Assembly: GCA_051453625.1 (NCBI GenBank)
Contig: JBOZIK010000001.1
Location: 41,559,817-41,606,754 of the forward strand
Source: Welwitschia mirabilis
Taxonomy: Eukaryota
Direction: 5' to 3'
DNA: 46,938 nucleotides
Shown: one piece after another, positions 35,901 through 46,938 of the stretch
Position numbering within the stretch: the stretch's first letter is position 1
Layout of the letters: every line of letters starts with the position of its first letter
Made by a program: the position numbers and the translations under genes
Notes under the pieces: model-generated
Told to the model about the DNA's origin: nothing
The model's input: the letters and a program-made list of their open reading frames with translations, nothing else
Databases searched by the model: none

Positions 35901-38589
35901 TTTCATCAAGAGAATTATGGTAGAAGATGGAAACTTGTTAAGCATAATTGATAGTGGTGTCGGTTCTAGAAGTAGTGGCACTAGTTCCTTCAATCAAAAT
36001 AGTACTAAACTCATGTTTCTAAGTTCTCTTGATGCAATGATCCATTTCAACCATTTCCACAAATAGAAAATAAGCAAGGAATATTTTCTAAGAATAACCC
36101 TTCAATTTGGCTTAATAACTAAAGAATAATCTCATATACTTTGGGCATTATTTATAATAATCTCACTAGGCCTTTGAAATCCTAATTGTAAATCCTAATT
36201 CTGACCTACAAGTGTCTAATTTTACCTCACTATCAAATCATCATATCATTTTCAAAGAGATTGAAGTTTTAAGTATGAGTTGCTTTTAAGCCTCTTGAAG
36301 GAATGGAATAGCTATCAAGCTCGCATGATGCTTCTTGGTTTAGCATGAGTACATTTTTATATTACATGCTTCTACTTTTCAGATATTAAAGTATTACATA
36401 TCATTGATGTATTAATTTGAAATCAAGTTGTGATTTTTTCATACTTTTTATTATTAGGATTAACTAAGTATTTTACTTTAAAATCTTTTTGAAGAATCTC
36501 TTTTTCATTCTAACTTGCGTAACTTGAATGTTTATTTGATAGATTTTTGGAGACCCCTCCTTTCCTTACTTATTTTATTATTATTGTAAAGGATAGGTGG
36601 CTTGGATATATCATCCTCATATATATGATGGATGAAATTATGTCATTGTGCTTGACCTTAAACAATATAAGCATTTATGTCTATAATGGATGAGATTATG
36701 TCATTATGATTGAGTGGGAAGTAAAAGCTACATGATTTCACGTTAGTACTTACGCTTTCTCATGAAGTTATTATGCTACATTAAATGCTATGTTCCGTTC
36801 CTAGATCTCTCATAACTTTTCATCCTCTGTTCCTCATTTTCATTATGCATGCTTTACTAATAACTTTGTAATCTATTTTTATGGAAGAACAACACTAGAA
36901 CTATACTAAAAATGGAAGTTCTAGTATTATTAGTAAAAGTTGGGTTTTACCACACAAGATTTGTATTCCTAGGGTGATCTTACTATTTACCACACATTAA
37001 AGTAAAATATAAGTGTAGTTATATTTTACCATGATTAGCCAATAAGATCTATAGCCCCAATGCAGTTGAATGTGCCACAAATGAATCATTAAGGGTGCAT
37101 TATTAAGAAGCATCCATAGCAACAATGTAGTTAACTAAACCCAGTAAAATTAATTAAAAATAAAATATGATTTTCGAGAAGAAATATTATTTTTATCTTT
37201 ATTTTAATTCTTATCTAGGGGTTATTGGCTCATTAGGATAATTAATAATTAATATTATTTCTATAAATCCTTGAAAGAAAGATACATCATGAAAGTAGAA
37301 AAACCCTTTTTTCCCCCTTGGTTCCAAGTTAGAGACATTAAATGAATACAAGCCTTAACTAAAAAACTTAAAGATAAAGATGACTTACTCTTAAAAAGTA
37401 AAGATCCACCAAAACTTAACTAAAACTATGCAATGATAAAGATCTTTTATTCTTATTTTCATGAAAAAACCACTACCTAGGAGTAATAAGTCTCATAAAC
37501 TTATAGTATGATGGATAAGGTGGATGTCTATAAGCCTTATGAAGTAATGCCATATCAAGAGAGGTGCATGGTAATGTTTAAGACAATTATGGTTTATTCT
37601 ATAAAATGGATAAAATTTGGGCTCTCTTAAATAAAATGGCTTAAGGCAATGATGGTACAAATGATAATGTTTGGGTGGCCCCATGAGAGATAATACTATT
37701 AGGTGATATAAGTTTTGTTATGCATGGACTTATTCATCCTAAATTTAATTCAAAAGAAAAATCTAATCTATAACTATACAATGACATTAAAATGTTCTTA
37801 AAATAGGGTTTTCCAAGGTAATAAATAGGTAAAGGTTTAAGATGATGAAGACTTCATGGTTTAAGAGTGTGATGGCTATGGTTGGATGAGGCATCCTAAA
37901 GTAGGAGATTATTCATATAGGTTTGCATCCATGAGTCTATGAAATTGGATGGAACACCATTACAAGCAATGAAATCTATGCATTTAAGATCTAAAAGAAT
38001 CCATACTATATCTTTCTTATGTCTTCTCAATAATTCTTGCAAGAATTTATTTTGAGTAAAAGAAAAAAGTAATTTGAAAACTATTAGAGAAGGTATTTAT
38101 TCATTAAGAGAATCATTAGAAGGTGGTTTTAATTTTAAGAAATTATTATATTCTTTATTACAGCTTGATTCTAGCTTAAAAGATAGATATGAATGATGTT
38201 AAAAGTGACATTTTATCAAAACTATTCTTATTAGAAAGAAGAGAAGTAGAGCAGCATGGAGTGGAACAGTGAAGCTAGGGTTTTATTTTTAGGATTCACG
38301 ACAGTAATCTGAGGGGCATCCTTGCTTGAATATAGTGTGTCTTCTATGCATTGATGTAATTTTATATTTCATGACTACCCTACATAAATGGTTTTCTCTT
38401 GGAGGGTTTTTGAAGGCAGTTTCTAGTTTTGACATAGCACATCTTCAATGCACTATTTGTTCACCTCCTTATTAGTTCTATCTACTATAAAAACTCGAAA
38501 GGATGTAGTAGCATATGCTTAGATCTCATGTTTATTTTTTTGCTCCTAAGAAGAGGCATTTTAATCAATGGCTTAAAAACTCAGAAAAC

Positions 38590-39400
38590 CCAAAAGGTTG
38601 GGCTCAAATGGATCTAAGATATCCAAGGTAGCGGAAGCAAGTTTTGGTTCTCCAATGGTGGTGGAATCATCTAGTTCCAAATCTTATGTAGCATCAATGG
38701 GAAAAAGCAAGCTTCAAAGCTTTCCTAATCTAGATTTTGGCATTAAGCATGAAGCAGATATTATCTATGCAAAGATTCTTATCAATTATTATAAGCATTT
38801 AGAAACTTCCTTCAGAAATTACCTTATTGATAAATTTCAATTATTAGAATGACTTCCATTCATCAAAAAAGTGCATTTATAATGGGATCAGAAATTTTTA
38901 GCAAGTTGTAAGGTAATCCCTCTTAGAGATGAATTATTTCATTTTGTTTTTGATACTAAAAAAGAAATGAATAAGGTTCTAGCAGAAAGGACCTATTTTT
39001 TGGTTGTATAGGTTTATCCTTTACTAAATGACCCCCCTCATCCATGACAAACCCTCCATGTTTGAAAATATTTTGGGTTGGATTATACCTCAAATCCTCA
39101 TTTGAAAATATGACATCCTAATTTTTTTCAAGCAAATTAGCAATATGTTGTAAGAGTTTATTAAACTTGATAGAAATATAGATTTAATGGTAAAACTAGC
39201 GATAGCTAAAATATGTGTTTATATAAAATTAAATAGTTTCAATGCAACAAAAAAAATTCAAAACTATGTGGGGAAAATTAATTTTTAATCATGAAATCAA
39301 AAATATTTTGTTACAATGCTCAAAGTATGGAAAAAATGGGCATACAATTGGAAAATATAAGAAAAATGAGAAGGTGAAAAAGAATGATTAGCAAGAAGAT
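38590..39400 (+). pseudogene. LINE ORF1 remnant (DUF4283-like plus decayed zinc knuckle)
   Basis: RNYLIDKF, LFHFVFDTKKEMNKVL, FIKLD...AKICVYI, with stops and frameshifts. Confidence 0.75.
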
Positions 39401-40859
39401 AGGAAAAAAAGACTATAAAATAAAGTCAATCTCAATCCTAAGCAATGATCTAATTACATAAGCAAACAAATATGGCATTCTATTAGAGGAATAATTAGAA
39501 TAGATGTAGGAAAATAAAAGAGGAAATGAGTGTGAGTCACTTGAATAGGAGCACACTGAGTGCATCCACAGCGCACTAGATACCATTCCCCAACAACCGT
39601 CATAGTAGTGATACTTACCTGGAAATGGGACCAGAGAAAAAAAAGGGGATGGATGGGGGGAGGAGGGGTAACAATGTAGATAAGCATGTTCTAGATGCAC
39701 CTACAACTAATAGAACTGGAAAAACTAGGCAAATAGACAAAATAATCAGAATGAGTACAAGAAAAGGTAAAATTGAAAAGGAGACAATGGAGGATACCTA
39801 GATGGTAAGCAATCTCNNNNNNNNNNNNNNNNNNNNNNNNNNNNNNNNNNNNNNNNNNNNNNNNNNNNNNNNNNNNNNNNNNNNNNNNNNNNNNNNNNNN
39901 NNNNNNNNNNNNNNNNNNNNNNNNNNNNNNNNNNNNNNNNNNNNNNNNNNNNNNNNNNNNNNNNNNNNNNNNNNNNNNNNNNNNNNNNNNNNNNNNNNNN
40001 NNNNNNNNNNNNNNNNNNNNNNNNNNNNNNNNNNNNNNNNNNNNNNNNNNNNNNNNNNNNNNNNNNNNNNNNNNNNNNNNNNNNNNNNNNNNNNNNNNNN
40101 NNNNNNNNNNNNNNNNNNNNNNNNNNNNNNNNNNNNNNNNNNNNNNNNNNNNNNNNNNNNNNNNNNNNNNNNNNNNNNNNNNNNNNNNNNNNNNNNNNNN
40201 NNNNNNNNNNNNNNNNNNNNNNNNNNNNNNNNNNNNNNNNNNNNNNNNNNNNNNNNNNNNNNNNNNNNNNNNNNNNNNNNNNNNNNNNNNNNNNNNNNNN
40301 NNNNNNNNNNNNNNNNNNNNNNNNNNNNNNNNNNNNNNNNNNNNNNNNNNNNNNNNNNNNNNNNNNNNNNNNNNNNNNNNNNNNNNNNNNNNNNNNNNNN
40401 NNNNNNNNNNNNNNNNNNNNNNNNNNNNNNNNNNNNNNNNNNNNNNNNNNNNNNNNNNNNNNNNNNNNNNNNNNNNNNNNNNNNNNNNNNNNNNNNNNNN
40501 NNNNNNNNNNNNNNNNNNNNNNNNNNNNNNNNNNNNNNNNNNNNNNNNNNNNNNNNNNNNNNNNNNNNNNNNNNNNNNNNNNNNNNNNNNNNNNNNNNNN
40601 NNNNNNNNNNNNNNNNNNNNNNNNNNNNNNNNNNNNNNNNNNNNNNNNNNNNNNNNNNNNNNNNNNNNNNNNNNNNNNNNNNNNNNNNNNNNNNNNNNNN
40701 NNNNNNNNNNNNNNNNNNNNNNNNNNNNNNNNNNNNNNNNNNNNNNNNNNNNNNNNNNNNNNNNNNNNNNNNNNNNNNNNNNNNNNNNNNNNNNNATCAG
40801 TAATTTCTATGGGTCATAGGAAGTAGATCAAATACTTTAATTCTTGCATTGTATTATGT

Positions 40860-43000
40860 TAGACTCTTCGAATATTATCAAGGGTGATCTTAATCAAATC
40901 TTTCACCCTCATGAAAAGCTTGGTATAGTCCCTAGTGGAGTAATCTTAGAGAAGGAGAAAATCTTGTTATGTTTAGAATTAACAAATATTTGGTCAAAGA
41001 CTCAAATGATAATTTATTTCTCAAAGAAAAAGCTAGATTTTCCTTCGATCACAAGCCTATAGTCCTATTGATGGACTTCCCTCAAAAAAATGTCTTTTCT
41101 AATTTGACAACTTCTAGCTAAAAACCCTAACATATTTGGAAGAATCTAGTAAAATATACCTCTAGTTATGGATTATTTCAAAAGCTCAAAATATTAAGGC
41201 ATGAGTTAATCATCTTGAAGAAATAGTTAAATGATTCTTTCAAAAATGTTAAGAATTAATTATTAAAAAAACTTATTATTATCTAAAAGCACAATAAGGA
41301 TATCAATGCAGAAATAGGTTATGAAAAGCATCTTATTATTTAAATTTATGATATATCTTCGAAGGAAGAAACTTACTAGAAATAAAGATCTAGAATTTAG
41401 TTGCTTAAAGAAGGGGACCATAATACAAATTTCTTCTTCCAGACAGTGAATAGACACAAATAAAGGAATAGTATATAGTGGAGTACATCCATAAGGACCT
41501 ACAAGACCAACACCCAGATTGCTAATTCTTTTGTTAATTATTTTCAAAACCTTTTTATAGAAAAACCAATGGTTTTAAGTAGTGCTCCAATTGGCCCTCC
41601 CATCTCTGAAGATTAGCAATGCTACTTGAACTAAAAATTCATAAAATATAAAATAAAAAATACTATTAAGTTAATGAAAATGAATAGGATAATGGGCCCT
41701 AATGGATTCACTATAGAATTCTATCAGATCTTTTAGGATATTATCAAATTTCATGTGTGTGATGCAGCCCAAGAAACTTTCAAAAAAAATACCTTATACA
41801 AACCATTAAATAATACTCTTATCACTCTCATTCCTAAAACAAAAGATGTAGAAAGTCCTCATCAATACAAACCAATCAGTCTTTATAATGTTTTTCATAA
41901 GATTTGCATCAAGTTTATTGTAGATAGGCTTAAAGTACTCCTTCTAGATATGATTTTTTCTTCTCAATTCGGTTTTGTTTCAGGTAGAGCCATTTATGAC
42001 AACATCATCTTTGCTAATGAAATTATCCATTTGCATCATAAAAGAAAAAATAAACCTGCAATGTTTCTCAAGCTCGATCTAGTGAAATCATTTGATATAG
42101 TTTAGTGGAAAATAGTAGATTATGTGTTACAAGATCATGGTCTACCCGTGCCTCTCAGGTATCTTAACTGCTTCTGCATTTAAACATTAACCTTTTCTAT
42201 TATGATCAATGGAGAGAGATACAGCTATTTCCAGGGTAGCAGTGGTCTCTATTAAGGTGACTCCCTCTCTTCTAGCATCTTTGTTCCCATGATGGATTTC
42301 TTGGCTAGGCGCTTCTTATAGAATTAGATATCAGCTACTGAATAGGCCCACTCTCATTCCATTCTCTAGGTCATATATGATACTCTTTTATGTTGGGAAT
42401 CTAGTCTTTCTATGACCTAGCAAGCTCATAGCCTCTTAAATGAGTTTCACAATTTCTTAAGGCTGGTAAGGAATTGGCATAAATCTAAGCTTCTCCTTAC
42501 TCCTCAAATATGAAAGGTAGATATCTTAAAGGTTTTTAAATGTCTGCAAGAAGACTTCCTTGATGCTTATCTCGGGCTTTCTTTTGATTCTAATTAGATT
42601 CCTAATAATATTTTATCTTCCTCAATAAGGAAAATTACAACTCAATTGACTTGATGGGATAACAAATTCTTATCAAGTGAAGAAAAAATCCTCCTTATCA
42701 AATCATGTTTAGTAAGCATGACCACTTATCCTACTATTTACTTTACTATATATAATAAGTATGTCATCTTGATTCATAACATTATCAGAGCTTTCATTTG
42801 GTTGGGTGACAAGTTTCATAAGAGATGATATCTTATAAACTTTAAGCAGATAGCTATTCCGAAAGACATAAGTGGCCTTGGAATTAGAAAAGCCATGGAC
42901 ATGAGCAAATGCATCCCTACAAAGCACTATTATAGGTTCTTGTCAAATAATAGTATTCTTTGAGTAAAATTCTTTAAAGAGGATTATGAAGAGAAAGAAA
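40860..43000 (+). pseudogene. LINE ORF2 remnant (end of endonuclease plus RT)
   Basis: GDLNQI...EK, EGDHNTNFF, GPNGFTIEFY, NNTLITLIPK...YKPISLYNV, LKLDLVKSFDIV*W, GLY*GDSLS, YLGL, PKDISGLGIR. Confidence 0.92.
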
Positions 43001-43684
43001 GGCACTCCCCTTTCTAAAGACATATGACTTGCTCTACTAGAGGGGTTTGGCCCAAGTTTCTTGTAAATCAAACTCTTCCTATTCAAAATGGCAAACAAGC
43101 ATCTCAAAAATTTATCACAATTTGTTAGGTTATGACTATAAATAGAAGAAATTATGGAAACTAGACATTCTTGAAAAAATTGAGATGTTTTGGTGGTATA
43201 TGTTAAAGGGTTATATTCCAATAGCAGATAAGCTCCTCTAAAGCAATTTAAGAGTTGACCAAGATAGTCCTATATGACATGAAGAAAATAAATCTTAGAA
43301 TCACCTATTCATTCAACATTCTATTACAAAAGATCTTTGGAGAAGATTGAATATATCTCCCCTTCTCAAATTAGCTTGGATACTTTCAAATTTTTTAGAA
43401 AAAATGACTTCATGATCATTGGTGCATGGCTTCTATAAAAACATAGATGTAATATCATTTTTCAATAGGAAAAAATCTCTCTTCCAAAGCTAAGATTTAA
43501 AATCGTTAAGCAAATTAGAGAGCTAAATGAAATCCATGTCTACAAAAACTGTGATAGCTTACACCCTGCACAAAAATCGAGTTCAATTTATAGGGTAATG
43601 CATAGCAGAAAGCATCTGAACCATGCTAGAGTGAAGTATCGAAACTATGTTAGAGTAGCCACTGTGACTTTAATACATCAGAAG

Positions 43685-44520
43685 ACATGGAAAAAGCCTT
43701 AAGGATAGATCCAGCCAAGCACAACATGCTACTGAACCATGAGCAAATCTAGGAGGCCTTCCAAGCTATAAGATGGGACTCATATGTTTTTAGCCTTAAA
43801 ATTCATGATTCTAATCTTTTAAAATAGTCACTTAGAAACTAGAATGGCAGATCTATCCACCTAGTTAATACTAACATGTACATTGATATTTCTTCCATTA
43901 GTGATGTCATTCATACAGGTTCTCAAGGTATTAGGTTAAAAAGGAATGTCCCTTTCATAGTTCCTCATTTTAAAGATTAATATGAAAAACTTTGTAGAAA
44001 AGAGAAGAAAGTTATAAAAGAAAAAATCTTCTAAGACACTTTGACGCTTGGGGTACTCTAATAATAAAGTAATTTACCTTGGAAATCCACTTTGATAAGA
44101 TCAATGAGCTTCATTTCCACTTCTTGGTTGCTATGATTCAGGAATTTTAGATAGATCTCCCTTTTTCCTCTCTAATTATCTCCACTACTCTCTCTAAAGT
44201 TGCAAGGTAAGATATAAAGGGTTGATTTAACTTCTATACCAAAGAAAATTATAGATTGACATAGCTATTCTAGGATGGTGAGATATCCCAAGGAAATCCA
44301 TCCAAAAGCTACTGTTATGAAAACCATTAAAGTATACATAAAGTGATGAAGAGTGTGGCTATCCGCATCTTCTAGTTATACCGATGACATTTCAAAACCA
44401 GAATAGACTAAACAATAGAAACAAGAAGAAGAAGAAGTGGAAAAGGGAAGCAACAAGAAGAATAAGATGTTGAAGCAGAGGAAACAAAGCCCATTGTTGT
44501 TAATCCTCTTACTCAAATTT
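43685..44520 (+). pseudogene. Decayed retrotransposon-associated accessory ORF (putative plant transposon protein-like)
   Basis: Reads LRIDP...LKIHDSNLLK*SLRN*NGRSI...IDISSISDVIHTGSQG; after a frameshift it continues IIK*FTLEIHFDKINELHFHFL...IDLPF, followed by an E-rich tail. Family assignment is from recalled pattern only. Confidence 0.45.
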
Positions 44521-44899
44521 CCACTTTCAATTATGTCCCTAATGAATAACACTTTATGCTAAACCCCTTAAAGTATGATAGTCTTGAGCCTATCTCCAAT
44601 TGGAATTGGAAACCAAGTTTAAAAAAACTAGATGCCGATGTTTAGGACTTTAACTATCAGAGAGATTCCTACCATGCTTGGAAAAATAGCTTTTAAGCAA
44701 TGTTGTATCTTTTCTTTCCTTTCGTGTTAATATAATACATCTAATTACCATTTCTTAAAATAAAGAAAAAAGATCAATATAAAATAGAAATGTTTTTGTT
44801 TATGTTCTTCTCTTCATTACTATTTAACTCTTCCTTACATGTGTAACTTGTTTCAAATGTATGATTTTCCCCATGTAACTGCTCATTCCCTAATGGTTG

Positions 44900-45601
44900 C
44901 TCATCCTCTAGGCCCTTACTAATTTTAGTCTTATTATCAAGACTTGTAGGATTTGGTTCATTAGAGATAGGAAGCTTTTCCTCTTCTTGTTGGTTAAATG
45001 TAATAATAATCTGAGCAGTAGTCTCATTTAACTGTTGAATATTTTGTTGAAGTCGTGATAGGATGAAAGAGGTTTATTGGTTACAATGTTGTTGAACTTC
45101 CCTAAATATTTTTAGGGTATTCTTCAAGGAATTTGAAGAGGTTTTTTGAGTCTTAAGAGATAAAGAATATAAGTCAAGTAATGAAGGATACGATGAATAA
45201 GGGTTAGAATGTGAAGGGGTGGTGGAAGTTAGAGGTTCACAATTTTATTAGTAAGGATCTGATCTATACACAGTAGGAAGTTAAAGAAAACAACAGGGAT
45301 ATCTAAGTATTCAAATCAAAGGTAATCCTTTATAATCTTCTTAGATCAAATGTAATCTTCTATATGTTTTTCTTAGGTTAAATAGGGTACTTTTAACATT
45401 AGGCTCCATTTGGGGTTTAAACGACATTTTGCATAGTCTACCTAAGGGTTACATCTCTAAATCATGCTGATCTGAGAGGATTCAAGAGGGGCCTAGGAGT
45501 AAAAATGTTTTTAGAAACTAAATCAAGGGTAGAGACCAAGTTTTAGGGGTTTTTAGGCAAAAAGGCTAGTGACACCGATCAGGTCTGGTAGTGGCACCAA
45601 T
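44900..45601 (-). mobile_element. PBS plus short gag-like fragment of another Athila-like element (F)
   Basis: PBS-like TGGTGCCACTACCAG (45585-45599) follows ...AAAACA. Downstream, LQQNIQQLNETTAQI...EEEKLPISNEPNP resembles the gag C-terminal 'GKLPSQP.PNP' region. Confidence 0.5.
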
Positions 45602-45899
45602 TGTTTTAATAGTCTTAATACGCAAAAATAACAGAGTAATTATAATCGAAGCACAATTCAATTCAGGTTACAAGAAACACAAGAAAACTTTAAGAAAATG
45701 AAACAGCCCAAACAATGCAAAATAAACTTACAAAAAGTAAATTATACTATGAATTTTTTTCTTCTTTTTCAAAATTTTTTACTAAAACTAAAATTGAAAT
45801 CTATTCTACTAAAAAAATAAAACTAACTAAATTTTAAAAATGCACAAAATAAAAGAGAAGGGAAAGAGGGCTCTTAACTCTTTAACTAGTTGTGATCGA

Positions 45900-46938
45900 T
45901 TCTTTGATTCTTGATGATTCGCCTTCCCTCTGAAGAAATTGCTAGCAAAAATTTCTAAAACCAACTAAGCACAAAAATTAATGCAATAATATATTCATTA
46001 ATTAGGATTAGAAAACTTAATGAAAATCAAAAAGATTTGTACCAATTTGAGTTTCACTAGAAATGGACTAGTAACTACCATTAGAAAGTACAAAAAGGCA
46101 ATATAAACGGGGGAAGAACCACTTTAAGTAACACCAAAAGGGATTAGTATGAACATCTAGAAATGAAAGAAAAGTGCAACTAACTAAAATGCAAGGGAAA
46201 AAAAAACCTTTTACATGCCTATTGATGAAGCTACTATGCCATCATTCCCATTAATGGTTTCTAAACTTACAGTAGAATTAGGTGAGGACCCACTTATCAT
46301 TCTTTCCATAGGGATGAAGGAGATAGCTAAAACACAAGAAAACATACAAACAGTCATGCAAAAAAAATAAAGCTACAAGATGAGAGTGTGTTTAAGAAAA
46401 CATTTAATTATAAAAGTCGAAAGCAAACAAATCCTCCAACTGACCTAAATCATCTAACAAATAATACTCAAATTCAAGAATAAAGTGTGATTTCCTTATT
46501 TACCTTAAAGCATGCTAAGTTGTAGAGCCCTAAATCATCTTGACTAATCTCATTTACTACATGAGTAGTGTTGAGATTATCTATGTTCATTTATCTATTA
46601 TAGCTTAGGTATAAGCATCAAAAATAGGAAAGTTATGCCTAAGAACCATCAAATGCTTACAAACTACTAACAAAGACATTAGCATAAAGATTCACTCAAA
46701 AACAGTAAGTGCTTGTTATGGAAGTAGTTTTATTTAAGTATTAGAAGTACAAAATGAGTTGCAACTTGAAATTAAAAAGGTAACTACAATCAATAATAAT
46801 AGGATGCCTTACCTTCAAGAAAGCGCTACATCTAGTATAGACTCATCAGGCTAGCCTTGAGGCTAGCCTACTCCCAAAGGAAGCTTAGTACAACATGGTA
46901 AGGAAGACTCTACTCTAAAGTATCAAAGACTTCATCAT
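45900..46938 (-). mobile_element. Probable Athila-like 3' non-coding internal region
   Basis: The minus strand at ~46800-46830 reads AGCGCTTTCTTGAAGGTAAGGCATCC, resembling the post-integrase motif AGCGCTTCTTGGGAGGCAACCC. Confidence 0.35.

Larger units (their letters stand above)
38590..43000 (+). mobile_element. Decayed plant L1-clade LINE
   Basis: A DUF4283-like ORF1 followed by the endonuclease tail and non-LTR RT motifs, in the expected order. Confidence 0.9.

Noticed and set aside
36620-36712. Short direct repeat (ATGGATGARATTATGTCATT) in unassigned 35.9-38.5 kb DNA
   Set aside because: Probably an internal repeat of a decayed LTR; no termini could be defined.
34579-40803. Long ORFs in the track (also 2278-2904 and 32678-32977)
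   Set aside because: They consist of N runs.
1-46938. Assigning the host species or lineage
   Set aside because: The TE and pseudogene content indicates a land plant, but nothing visible fixes the taxon.

Overview
AT-rich, strongly CpG-depleted plant intergenic or heterochromatic DNA from a gapped scaffold. No intact protein-coding gene is present. Most of the window is a nest of decayed Athila-type Ty3/gypsy LTR retrotransposons. Element A lies on the minus strand (about 4.3-16.1 kb) with gag-PR-RT-RH-INT plus an extra 3' ORF. Its sister element B lies on the plus strand (about 22.5-32.7 kb) and lacks that ORF. A probably non-autonomous element C has LTRs at about 1.3-2.9 kb and 19.5-21.0 kb that bracket A. 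There are also several LTR, gag and protease fragments, and two apparent nested insertions that run into N-gaps. A decayed L1-type LINE occupies about 38.6-43.0 kb, and a pseudogene of the plant 'pathogen-related protein' family lies at about 0.3-0.75 kb (minus). The most interesting unexplained structure is a roughly 40-bp nested-palindrome motif (inferred ancestral form GTCGTCC-N6/8-GTCGTCCnnACGAC-N5/6-GGACGAC). About 30 copies occur, only in non-coding parts of the LTR elements, and the core varies by subfamily. All alignments and identities were judged by eye, so boundaries are approximate unless a terminal motif is quoted.
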